DNA of 53,403 bases from Chara braunii (taxonomy: Eukaryota; Plantae; Charophyceae), in contig BFEA01000018.1 in NCBI GenBank assembly GCA_003427395.1, positions 3,006,622 to 3,060,024 of the forward strand, given 5' to 3'. The translations under genes were made by a program, and so were the position numbers. The notes beneath the pieces are model-generated. The model did not search any database. It saw nothing but the letters and a program-made list of their open reading frames with translations, and was not told the origin of the DNA. Below are positions 13,639-24,649 of this stretch, piece after piece; position 1 is the first letter of the stretch, and the number at the start of each line of letters is the position of its first letter.

Positions 13639-14236
13639 NNNNNNNNNNNNNNNNNNNNNNNNNNNNNNNNNNNNNNNNNNNNNNNNNNNNNNNNNNNNNN
13701 NNNNNNNNNNNNNNNNNNNNNNNNNNNNNNNNNNNNNNNNNNNNNNNNNNNNNNNNNNNNNNNNNNNNNNNNNNNNNNNNNNNNNNNNNNNNNNNNNNNN
13801 NNNNNNNNNNNNNNNNNNNNNNNNNNNNNNNNNNNNNNNNNNNNNNNNNNNNNNNNNNNNNNNNNNNNNNNNNNNNNNNNNNNNNNNNNNNNNNNNNNNN
13901 NNNNNNNNNNNNNNNNNNNNNNNNNNNNNNNNNNNNNNNNNNNNNNNNNNNNNNNNNNNNNNNNNNNNNNNNNNNNNNNNNNNNNNNNNNNNNNNNNNNN
14001 NNNNNNNNNNNNNNNNNNNNNNNNNNNNNNNNNNNNNNNNNNNNNNNNNNNNNNNNNNNNNNNNNNNNNNNNNNNNNNNNNNNNNNNNNNNNNNNNNNNN
14101 NNNNNNNNNNNNNNNNNNNNNNNNNNNNNNNNNNNNNNNNNNNNNNNNNNNNNNNNNNNNNNNNNNNNNNNNNNNNNNNNNNNNNNNNNNNNNNNNNNNN
14201 NNNNNNNNNNNNNNNNNNNNNNNNNNNNNNNNNNNN

Positions 14237-14308
<72 letters not shown>

Positions 14309-14589
14309 AATACCAATCCATACACAGCTAACGGCAGAACAACAAGTCCTCTGGTGGCATTCGAACATCATTCGTGGGTATACTCGATCACATGGGAGAT
14401 GATTGCAGCAGTGGGAACTGACATACTTAGCCAGATTGCTGCAACTGGGCTGTTTGAAGCAAACGAACCTGATAGTCAAAGCCGACAGTCATGGCTGTTT
14501 CCTTACATGCAGCTTGAAATAACTGATTGAGATCCTAGTTGAGGACCAGTGCACTGCAAAGAGGTGACAGTGTGATTTTACTCTAATAC

Positions 14590-15030
14590 TGAATGTTGAT
14601 TTGTTTCTAACTAATTAGTGATCCCTTGATTGGGGGAGGCTGCTGCGCAGTCAATCACGTGCGACCAGCGAAGTGCTCAATCACTTGTAAGAGCCACTTT
14701 GCCCGTCACTTCGCTGGTTGGCATAAAAAAGGTTTTTCCCGACATTATTTGAATTCGAATTTTCACTAATTAGTGATATCCCGTGATTGGGGGGGAGGCT
14801 GCTGCACACTCAATCACGGGTAGCCAGTGAAGTGCTCAGGCATAAAATAGGTTTTTCCCCTGCATTATTTAAATTCGTATTTTCACTAATTAGTGATCCC
14901 TTGACTGGGGGAGGCTGCTGCGCACTCAATCACGTGCGACCAGCACTTTGCCCATCACTTGGCTGGTTGGCATAAAACAGGTTTTTCGCGATATTATTTA
15001 AATTCGAATTTTCACTAATTACTGATCCGA
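14590..15030 (+). repeat. ~120-170-bp tandem repeat, ~3.3 copies, with palindromic CACTAATTAGTG
   Basis: TTTTCACTAATTAGTGATCCC.TGA.TGGGGGAGGCTGCTGC..ACTCAATCACG recurs at ~14600, 14760 and 14880, with a partial copy at 15008. Confidence 0.9.
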
Positions 15031-15196
15031 GAGGTCATCCGTTTTAGTTATATAGTGGAAGTGTGACAGGCAGAACAAACCCCTCTCCCCTGTTGCGTCA
15101 CTGAGGACCTCTGATGCGGACACAGCGGGTGACAGACGCCGCTGTCCTTGGCTTCAGCGACGAACAGGGCCCCCTCCCCGGGGTTCCTCACAACGT

Positions 15197-15270
15197 GACG
15201 AAAAGCACGTATCCATGATCAGCACGTCACGAAAAGCACGGATCCATGATGAGCACCGAGCACCAAAGAG
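15197..15270 (+). repeat. Right part of the AAAAGCACGGATCC satellite
   Basis: Same core as 430-924. Confidence 0.85.
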
Positions 15271-15283
15271 CATAGTCAGAGAG

Positions 15284-15343
<60 letters not shown>

Positions 15344-17559
15344 NNNNNNNNNNNNNNNNNNNNNNNNNNNNNNNNNNNNNNNNNNNNNNNNNNNNNNNNN
15401 NNNNNNNNNNNNNNNNNNNNNNNNNNNNNNNNNNNNNNNNNNNNNNNNNNNNNNNNNNNNNNNNNNNNNNNNNNNNNNNNNNNNNNNNNNNNNNNNNNNN
15501 NNNNNNNNNNNNNNNNNNNNNNNNNNNNNNNNNNNNNNNNNNNNNNNNNNNNNNNNNNNNNNNNNNNNNNNNNNNNNNNNNNNNNNNNNNNNNNNNNNNN
15601 NNNNNNNNNNNNNNNNNNNNNNNNNNNNNNNNNNNNNNNNNNNNNNNNNNNNNNNNNNNNNNNNNNNNNNNNNNNNNNNNNNNNNNNNNNNNNNNNNNNN
15701 NNNNNNNNNNNNNNNNNNNNNNNNNNNNNNNNNNNNNNNNNNNNNNNNNNNNNNNNNNNNNNNNNNNNNNNNNNNNNNNNNNNNNNNNNNNNNNNNNNNN
15801 NNNNNNNNNNNNNNNNNNNNNNNNNNNNNNNNNNNNNNNNNNNNNNNNNNNNNNNNNNNNNNNNNNNNNNNNNNNNNNNNNNNNNNNNNNNNNNNNNNNN
15901 NNNNNNNNNNNNNNNNNNNNNNNNNNNNNNNNNNNNNNNNNNNNNNNNNNNNNNNNNNNNNNNNNNNNNNNNNNNNNNNNNNNNNNNNNNNNNNNNNNNN
16001 NNNNNNNNNNNNNNNNNNNNNNNNNNNNNNNNNNNNNNNNNNNNNNNNNNNNNNNNNNNNNNNNNNNNNNNNNNNNNNNNNNNNNNNNNNNNNNNNNNNN
16101 NNNGTGTGTGTGTATGTGCGTTTATGGATATGTGTTTGTGACTGCCGTTGCATCCGTGTCTCTCGTCTCACAGAAAAAGCGTGGATGCGGCAAAGGCTGA
16201 TAACAAGAAAGCGTGGGAGAAAAAGTGCCGCTCACATGAGCACTTCAGCGGGTCTTCCACGTGGCTCAAACAGTTACCGAGCACACACGAGGTAATCAGA
16301 CAGAAGTGAGAGAGAAGGAGAGAGAGGGAGACAAACATACCTTCGGCAAAACCGACCAAGGGCAACGAAAAACTCGGCGATGACGAAGGACGATTGCTGT
16401 TCGCTCAAAAAGCAGCAGGATCGCAAGTAAAACACGAATATAACACATCCTGCCAGCGACCCGCATATATACAGCCTACCACCGACCTCCCCACACCAAT
16501 CTCTGCACCTCCAAACCTCTGGCCGATACTGACGTGCACACTAAGGCCACCCCCGATTGTTTCCCCCAAAGGTAGTTGCGTGCACTGACCCCGCCCACGT
16601 GCATATCCACACATATCACATGCCATATCTCCCTTGTCATACTATGCACATGTTGTTTCCTCCTTCCTCTTAACCACAAGCTACACTCCACAACGTAACC
16701 GTAACCGCAACCGCACATGCACACACACACAGCAACCCTAAAAACAATGCACAGGACACTGGGTCGATCCATGATGCTCGCCGGGTCCACAAATCGCCAC
16801 ATTGTACATTCGCCCTCACGTTCTCCCTCCGCCATGTCCACACCTCGATCCGTCCGACTGATCACAGGCTCAACCTTCGACAACTCCACCAGCCTTCAGC
16901 ACAACAACTCAACCAGCCCTCATGCTGCCGCCAACCCACCATGCTCGTTCCTGCGTCGCCGGCGCGATTTCGAAGTCTCCCCGCGCATTCTACCTGACTG
17001 CACTGCATGGCCAAACGCTGCATCGAGAACTGGCGAGGCCGGCCGACGGGAAGAGACAGGAAGCAAACTTCAATGATTGAACCTGGACGTGTTTCTGGAA
17101 ATCTGCCGGTGGGCAGCAGCAAGCGACTGCCAGAACGAAGTGAGGACTGACCGACCTGAAAAGCCCGCAGCACAAGCGAAGTAAGGATTCGTAAAAATTT
17201 CGTGCACGAACCCGACCGTGTTCTGTCGAAAAGTGCTGGTGAATGGGGGGGGGAGGAAAACCGTGGACCGACCGACCTTGTGCCCTTCCGTCGACCTCGT
17301 TGGAGAACGAACGGTCGAATAACGGACTGTGCTTCCTATATATGGAAAGCACGGTTGGGACCGGACGCACACCACCGTTCTTCGACGACCGCCACCAAAC
17401 ATGCATCTAACCGCAAACGCAACTCTGTCCACTTTCCCAAAATTTCCTAAAAAGAAAAAAATAAACTGTCCACTCCAATCCAAAAAACGATTTTGACCGA
17501 ACTCCGTCGATCTCCCGATGCATAACGAAGGGCTATATTTTTCAGTTTTATTAGGCCTA

Positions 17560-18144
17560 CCGTCTTAACCCGAAAACAACGTACGTACGTTGTATACGAA
17601 TACATCAGGTACGTTGTATTCGAATACAACGTACGTACGTTGTACAACGAATATTGGGGTACAACTTTTCCAGGGCAAAGATACAAAAAATTTAAAAATT
17701 TAGTAAAAGAAAAAATATGAAAAATAAGAAAAATGAAAGAGGGGGAGCATGGTATCTGGCGTGTCGGGAGGTCCCCTGTATCTGGGTTGCTGTCTGTCGG
17801 GGGAGGTCCCCGTTGAACACTGTCGGGGCCAGACTTTGCAAGGAGGACTGGATTTCCCGCCTACGAATACAAACTTAAAACAGACAGTATTTGGCGCAAC
17901 ACTCAGTCCACATACAGAAGTAAGTGGAGATGTTATTTTTCCTTGTAGCCGTTTTTTTTTTTCTTTTTCTTTTTCTTCGTTGTAATCGAGGGCCTCTTCT
18001 TTTTTTTGCTTTTTCTTTTTCCTTGTACGGTATGTTGTATTCGAGGGTACGTTCTATTCGAAAAAAACGGTGTGATTTCTCAGAGGCCATTTTTCAGAGG
18101 TAAGTTGAATACAAGGTACGTACGTTGTTTTCGGGTTAAGACGG
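17560..18144. mobile_element. Tc1/mariner (pogo-like) MITE, 585 bp
   Basis: 29-bp perfect terminal inverted repeat (TIR) CCGTCTTAACCCGAAAACAACGTACGTAC, TA on both sides (17558-59, 18145-46), subterminal GTTGTATTCG repeats. Confidence 0.92.
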
Positions 18145-18374
18145 TAGTTGTGCACCACTCCCCCCCCAAACCGTCTATATGCCCATTAATGTCCATTATA
18201 TACGGTCTATATGCCCATTAATGCCCATATTATATATGCCCATATGCCCATTATTGTGTACAGCCTCGTTGCTGTACATTGCCGGGTTTCCCGACTAGGC
18301 AACGACGTGGCAACGACGCTGTACATGCTGCTTTTTCCATCTACAAACATGTCTCGAAAAGGAAAGTTTCCTCG

Positions 18375-18525
18375 GTGCCTGAATCTGGACGCTTTTTTGC
18401 GCAAATGTGCAGAAAGTCGCAACCCCCTAAGCGTAGCCATACCTGGCTGCGAACATCGCCACATTCAGGATTTCTATAGCCACATTCAGGATTTCTATCC
18501 TATCCCCTTCGCTCCTGGGACCACG
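18375..18525. mobile_element. Degenerate copy of the CCTGAATCTGG fold-back MITE family
   Basis: GCCTGAATCTGGACG...TGCAGAAAGTCGC...CCACATTCAGGATTTCTATCCTATCC matches both arms of 21380-21551. Confidence 0.6.
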
Positions 18526-19479
18526 GCCCAGGAACTGAAGAAACTACCGGTAGCATGGCCCCTAGGGACCACGGCCCAGGAACTGAAGAAACTACAGGTA
18601 GCATGGCCCCTGCGCAAGGATGACACTCGTGATAAATCGAGAAGTGGTCCCAAAGAAACTACCGGTGGCGGAATGATCGGTTGTTGTTTTGTGTTTAGCG
18701 AAACGTTCAGAAGGACATTCAAATGTACTTTACGCTGACGATGGACCGGAGCTTGGAAAGCGGGAAGGAACGTCGGGGCCATGCAGATCCCTGCAGCCAG
18801 CGGCGGAGGCGCCAGTTCCGCGGCAATATCGCTGTAACCTTCGGCGGGGAATATCACCCCAGGTGCGGAACTAAAAATCCGTTGCCTCGGGATCTTCAGG
18901 CCAGTTCATCGCCGGCCATTCCGTTCTATAGACACGGTGTGTTCTGTTGTCGTGTTCAGTATATAAAAAAAGCCTCACGAGAAAAGCACGACTGTGCGTG
19001 TCCGTGTGCGTGTGGTTGGTAGCTGATCATCACCTTCCTGCGCAGCTCTGCGTCGTCCTTGTTGAGGTCAGCTGTGGTGGCGGGGCTGGACTGGTCATCG
19101 AGCGATCCGCGAGCAGTGCTGTGGCACTCGGTACAGACAAGCAGAGGCGGTGGTGATGGCGGCGAAGGTGATGGCGGCGATGGTGATGGCGCCGAAGACG
19201 GGGGCATTGTTGAACGGGGGTGCAACGGAAGCAAGACCTGGAGTATTTTGGATGGGCCCAGGGACCCATCCCGTGCCAATGTCCATGCATGCCGGAAATC
19301 GCAAGCGTTTGGTCACAAAGATGCTCAAACGGATCCAGGAATCGGGCGGCTCGCCTCGCAACTCGGTTGTGCTACTCGAGGTGGGCACTGCACTCTTCTA
19401 AAGTGCCCCTCCTGATTCTCTTCCCGGATTCTCTCTCTCACACTCTCGGTCAAGATTTGCTTGCAATCCCACGAAGGTG

Positions 19480-19548
<69 letters not shown>

Positions 19549-19896
19549 NNNNNNNNNNNNNNNNNNNNNNNNNNNNNNNNNNNNNNNNNNNNNNNNNNNN
19601 NNNNNNNNNNNNNNNNNNNNNNNNNNNNNNNNNNNNNNNNNNNNNNNNNNNNNNNNNNNNNNNNNNNNNNNNNNNNNNNNNNNNNNNNNNNNNNNNNNNN
19701 NNNNNNNNNNNNNNNNNNNNNNNNNNNNNNNNNNNNNNNNNNNNNNNNNNNNNNNNNNNNNNNNNNNNNNNNNNNNNNNNNNNNNNNNNNNNNNNNNNNN
19801 NNNNNNNNNNNNNNNNNNNNNNNNNNNNCCCACACACCCACACACCCACACACCTTACGGTCAGGATTTGCTCGCAATCCCTTGGAGGTGGACTCT

Positions 19897-19928
<32 letters not shown>

Positions 19929-19978
19929 CTGTCTCTACCTTGCGGTGAGGCTTTTGCTCGCTTTTCCTCGATGGTGGA

Positions 19979-20047
<69 letters not shown>

Positions 20048-20182
20048 ACACACACACACTGACACAGACAATGGCACATTCATGCTTTTTTTTGGAGTTC
20101 TGTATAGCGGACATGACAACACACAGACAGTGGCACGGGCACACAATGACACTCCCGAAGATTGACACAAACACACAAAATG

Positions 20183-20249
<67 letters not shown>

Positions 20250-21120
20250 GACACTCCCAAAGATTGACACAAACACACAAAATGACATACACACGCACAC
20301 ACACACACAGACACACACACACGCACACACACACACACACTCACAACCACAAAACCACACACATACGAGGACATTCCCTTTGCTTGCGTCTCCTCCGGTC
20401 GTGTTATCCTGCGCCCTATCTTCCCCTCTGTTGTCCTCCTCTTTCGCTTCTACTTCCTCTTCTTGGTTCCTCCTCCCTTTGTCCCTCCTTTCCCTTGTCT
20501 TCTTCCCTTCCTTCTCCTTCCTTCCTTCCTTCTCCTTCCTTTCTTCTTTCTCCTTCATCTCCTCCTGTTCCTTCGCTCATTCCCGCCTTTTCCGTCCTTC
20601 CACCGCTCTCTTTCTGTAATGTCCTCCCTTCCTCACTTCAACTCTCCCCCCCGCCTTCCTTCCGTATGTCGTCTCAGAGACGTGGCTGCGCATGGACATT
20701 TATAGATCGTTGTTGCATTGATCCCGATCTGGATGAAAACGCTTTCTTTTCTTCTTTTTTCTCCTTTTTTTCCCATTTTTTTTTCTTTTTCTTTCTTGGA
20801 CATAGACGATCATAACTGCTGCAATCCTGATATTATAGTTTTTCTTCGTCATTTAATTGAATTATTAATAATTCTTATACATTATGCTTACTTATTCAAA
20901 GCGCAGTCGCGAATCAACATTCCTGCAAATACCCCATACATGTAATAATGCCTACCACCGCTCTCTTTCTGTAATCTCCTCCCTTCCCCCCTGCAACTCC
21001 CCCCCTGCATCTCCCCCCTTGCATCTCCTCCCCCCTCCTTCCTTCTTGAAGACCACATCGTTAAAAGAAAAAAAACAAAGACCAAACTCTGGTGTCTCAA
21101 GTGCAGGACATGATTCTTAG

Positions 21121-21270
21121 AATCGCCCTAAGTGTTGTAATCAATTCCTTTTTTTTTTTTTTGTTTAGGATCAGATATTAAACTGATCAGAATTCTCAAT
21201 TCCATAACTGGAGCCTTGGGCACCGGGCCCTGTTTTGGGAAAAAAAAAATTAAAAAAAAATCGCCCTAAG
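21121..21270 (+). mobile_element. Short poly(A)-tailed retrocopy with 12-bp TSD AATCGCCCTAAG, containing a nested U2 fragment
   Basis: AATCGCCCTAAG at 21121-21132 and 21259-21270, with an A-rich tail just before the second copy. Confidence 0.8.
21168..21192 (-). pseudogene. U2 snRNA internal fragment (stem IIa region), retroposed with poly(A)
   Basis: Reverse complement TTCTGATCAGTTTAATATCTGATCC is identical to part of the 22633 copy. A-tail on the minus strand; 8-bp TSD TCAATTCC at 21141-48 and 21196-203. Confidence 0.82.
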
Positions 21271-21379
21271 ACTTGGCGATCATACAGTAATGGTTCTTCA
21301 CGTGTCGATCTGTTCGTTTTCCTTTCCCTGAGATACGTAAACGCACCAGGCTCTTTTTTTTTTTGTGGGTTCTTTTTTA

Positions 21380-21551
21380 CGGGGGCGAGGTCCCACTAGC
21401 AAAGAGGATTGAATTAAGCGCCTGAATCTGGATGGGTACTGAGCAAAGAGACGGAAATGCAGATCAGTCGCGATTCCCTGCACCTATCCGAAAACCCGCC
21501 CAGATTCAGGCGTTCTATCCAATCCTTATTGCTGGTGGTACCTCACCCCTG
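21380..21551. mobile_element. Fold-back MITE with ~56-bp imperfect TIRs (C(A/G)GGGG termini, hAT-like)
   Basis: Left arm GGGGCGAGGTCCCACTAGCAAAGAGGATTGAATTAAGCGCCTGAATCTGGATGGGT; reverse complement of the right arm GGGGTGAGGTACCACCAGCAATAAGGATTGGATAGAACGCCTGAATCTGGGCGGGT. No TSD retained. Confidence 0.75.
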
Positions 21552-21679
21552 GTGAATTTCTCGATCAATCAGCTTGGGCCATCGTGGGACTCAAAACCAG
21601 AAGTAAAAAAAACGAAAGAAAGAAAAAAAGAAAAGGAAACAAAAAGGAAAAAAGGTCAAAAAGGTCAAAAAAAGGAAAA

Positions 21680-21963
21680 ATACCTTTCTCGGCCTTTTTT
21701 TTTTTTTTTTTCCTCGGCCTTTTGGCTAAGATCAAGCGTAGTATCTGTTCTGATCAGTTATTATTAAATTAATTTTTCTGGGCCACGGAGGGGTCGTACG
21801 GGTAAGTTTGCTTACTCGACCCCTCCAGTGTTGCCTCTGTATTGCACTGCAAAAAAAGAAAAAAAGAAAAAAAGAAAAAAAAAAAGAAAAAGACAAAAAA
21901 AAAAGAAAAAAAGAAAAAAGAAAAAAAAAAGAAGCAAAAAAGACAAAAAGAGAGATTCCCCAC
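21680..21963 (+). pseudogene. U2: Near full-length U2 snRNA pseudogene, disrupted
   Basis: Plant U2 5' end ATACCTTTCTCGGCC, GGCCTTTTGGCTAAGATCAAG.GTAGTATCTGTTC (branch-point pairing region), Sm-like AATTTTTCTG, stem III GGAGGGGTCG/CGACCCCTCC, stem IV loop ATTGCACT. Disrupted by a T17 insertion with duplicated CTCGGCC, a deletion of stem IIa/IIb, and an A-rich insertion in stem IV. Confidence 0.9.
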
Positions 21964-21989
21964 CCGAACGGGCCGCAATAGGTGGGTAT

Positions 21990-22100
21990 CAGGAGCATGG
22001 TCCCACTAGCAACGGGGATTGGATTAAGATCCTGAATCTGGGCGTGTTTTAGGCACAGATGCAGAAAGGGAGTTCAATCTTGATTTTCTGCACTCGTCCA
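21990..22100. mobile_element. Partial copy (one arm plus spacer) of the fold-back MITE family
   Basis: GGTCCCACTAGCAAC.GGGATTGGATTAAGATCCTGAATCTGGGCG matches the arm at 21389-21436. Confidence 0.72.
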
Positions 22101-22632
22101 CAAACGCGGCCAAAGTGGACCTCGGCCCCGGCCTGCTCTCCGTTCTGACCCTGGACTGCGATAAACCCCTTTTTTTTTTTTTTTTTTTTTTTAACCCTCT
22201 TGGGGCGTAAGATTTGTATTTGTCACCGCAATAAGGCCGAGAGTAACCTTTTAGCGGGACTCGAACTCAGCACCTCCCTGTGCTATCCATGCTAATTACT
22301 GAAATGCCCCTCTTTGCATTCGTTCCATTTTGACGGATGTCTCCAAGGACTATCCTTCTATCGCTCCTCCTCCTCCTCCTCCTCCTCCTCCTCGCAGCAT
22401 CATCATCTCCTCATCCTCATCGCAACCATCCTCCTCCTGCTGCCGTCATCGTCGTCATCATCAACTTCAGCGCTGTCATGCGCAAGGAGGGAGGGCGATA
22501 TCCCTCCTGCCGAGTGTTGTCATCAACTGCTTATCCCTTTTGTTTTTTTGACCCCCTCAAAATTCAGCATTCCTGAATTATATCGCGAGCAGCTATTGCA
22601 CAAAAGAAGCAAAACAAAGAAAAGACTGGGCA

Positions 22633-22702
22633 GGCCTTTTGGCTAAGATCAAGTGTACTATCTGTTCTGATCAGTTTAATATCTGATCCGTGGTCCATCG
22701 GG
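22633..22702 (+). pseudogene. U2: 3'-truncated U2 snRNA retrocopy followed by poly(A)
   Basis: GGCCTTTTGGCTAAGATCAAGTGTACTATCTGTTCTGATCAGTTTAATATCTGATCCGTGGTCCATCGGG, then a ~25-nt A run. Confidence 0.92.
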
Positions 22703-23166
22703 AAAAAAAAAAAAAAAAAAAAAAAAACTGTGGAACTGTACCAACGCGCCCCGCTCCGTCACTAAAGACCCAGTCGCAAAACCCACTGGTTGCAGATGAG
22801 TAAAAGAGCAGCTCGGAATCTACCCAGGGCAGGTCATTTCGAAAACACGTGGAAAAAAAAAAAAAAAAGTAAAAAAAGTGAAGGCACTTGCCCCACAGTA
22901 GATGACCAGGGGTTGCAATTCACGGGACGGGACGGATTCCTACTAAATCTTTGAGAGAAATAGCATAATCTTCTTTATTTTATTTTATTTTTATCTCCCC
23001 CACCCCCCCCTCCCCCCCTCCCTACTTAGTCCTTTTCATTTGCTTTTCGAATGGGGGGTGGAGGGCTCGTAGTACCTTTATTTACAGCAGCAGACTAGGT
23101 AGCAATTGGCGCGCAGCGCTGGTCTGGTTGTGTACACAGTCAGCAGAGGGGAAGGAGCCTTAAGGG

Positions 23167-23343
23167 ATGGACTCGAACGCTTGCGCCAATGGATCACGAG
23201 GATTTGCTATCGGGAACCCTCAACGAAATTGACGAAGTTGGGAACAGAAGGAGGATACAAATCCGCTGACTCAATCCTTTTCCATAGGATCGACTCAGTC
23301 GGTCGGGATTTGTATCATTCAAAAACGAATTGAATCCCCTGGG

Positions 23344-23375
<32 letters not shown>

Positions 23376-23819
23376 CCATTTCAGTGAGGTGATCGACTCG
23401 CAAAGATTTTAACGACAGGCGGTCCTGAAACCATTTAATTTGGACGAGTTAGATTTGGCCCACCTGTCGTCGTTAACCACGTCCCTTGATCGGTGGACTC
23501 GAAGCCTCTCTTGCCCTCATAGGATCAGAAGGATTTCCTATCGGGAAACCGCAACGAAGTTAGTTGACTAAGTTAGGACGAGAACGATACAGATCCCCTG
23601 ACTCAATCCTATCACATAGGATTGAATCAGTCAGTCGGAATTTGTGTCGTTCAAAAAAAATATTTAATCCCCTCAAAAGAGTTTAACGAGGTGATTTTAA
23701 TGAAATGCGATTTCGTGACGTGATCGACTCGCAAAGATTTTAATGGCAGGCGGTCCTGAGAGCATTAAAATTGGGACGAGTCAGATTTTAGCCCACTCGT
23801 GGTTAACCACTTCCCTTGA
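23167..23819 (+). repeat. Diverged tandem duplication (~326-bp unit, 2 copies), each with a long hairpin
   Basis: Units start TGGACTCGAA (23168, 23494) and end GTTAACCAC.TCCCTTGA. Confidence 0.88.
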
Positions 23820-23972
23820 ATGACGTCTGGGTCTGAGCATCTGGTAAGTGGTTTTGACAGATGGGGGCTATGGAGGTGGGTCGTCCAGTGGTGTTCCATT
23901 TGCAGTCCTGTGGATAGAAAGCCAGGTTTTCGAAGCAGCTGTCCCCTTGAAAATCAAAGGGGTTCTCTCTGT

Positions 23973-24013
<41 letters not shown>

Positions 24014-24649
24014 TTGTTGTTGTTGGAAAACATCTGCGGGAGCCTACTATTGGAAGTGATATGAGAATTCCCCAATAGTAGGCCCTAGTGATAGATGGCT
24101 CCAACCTATTGGTGGGAAGCAGCACCTGCTGGAAACTGGGTCCAGCGTCCCACTTACAGTACTGGAGCAGGTCATGTCAATCAGTCATATCATGCGGAAC
24201 AGCATTGATTGCCCTCTTCAGAAGGGATTAACTGTCCGCCTATTTATAGGTGAGGTTACATCATCCCTGTGACTCCAATTGCAACTGCCGAAACCCATAC
24301 GGAATTACCTAGACCATCCTTAAACCCCCTCCCAGCCTAAGGATGCAGGTGAAATTGAGGACGCCAGTTGTAGCCTTACCCTTCGATGCTCCCCTGGCCA
24401 AGAAGTTTGTATGTCAGTTCATGTGACTTGCAATCATGTCAACGGGCATTTGTACGTCAGTTCATGTGACTTGCAAACATGTCAACGGGATTGCCTGTCC
24501 CACAAAGAGAAAAGGGACAGCGATGGGGACATCAGCAGCCTTTTCCCCTCCACTTCGCATATCTGCCGAGATGACAGTTGTTGCAGCAACGTGTGCTACC
24601 CAGGGGGGAAGAGGATGCTAGAGGCCCTCCCTTCTTAGCCCTTTCATAC

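Larger units (their letters stand above)
925..15192 (+). mobile_element. Non-autonomous Ty3/Gypsy-like LTR retrotransposon (gag-only, very long LTRs)
   Basis: Starts TGTC (925) and ends CACA (15192). 4-bp TSD ACGT at 921-924 and 15193-15196, and removing the element restores the satellite. PBS at 5549, gag-like pseudogene at 8819; no RT, RNase H or integrase motifs seen. Confidence 0.8.
11223..15192 (+). repeat. 3' LTR (~4 kb, contains N gap 13639-14236)
   Basis: Starts TGCCGGGCGGCC..CAAT..GCCGCC.GAAAT, matching the start at 925. The last ~110 bp match 5440-5544 and end CCCCTCCCCGGGGTTCCTCACA. Confidence 0.68.

Noticed and set aside
13491-16171. Long ORFs spanning N gaps (also near 19.2-20.6 kb, 32.3-32.9 kb, 48.6-48.9 kb and 50.9-52.4 kb)
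   Set aside because: Open only because of N runs and microsatellites.
21680-21963. Active U2 gene
   Set aside because: Two insertions, loss of stem IIa/IIb and no recognisable upstream snRNA promoter.
22255-22300. B-box-like GAGTTCGAGTCC on the minus strand (a similar GGTTCGAGTC lies near 27915)
   Set aside because: No convincing A box or cloverleaf; at most a SINE relic.
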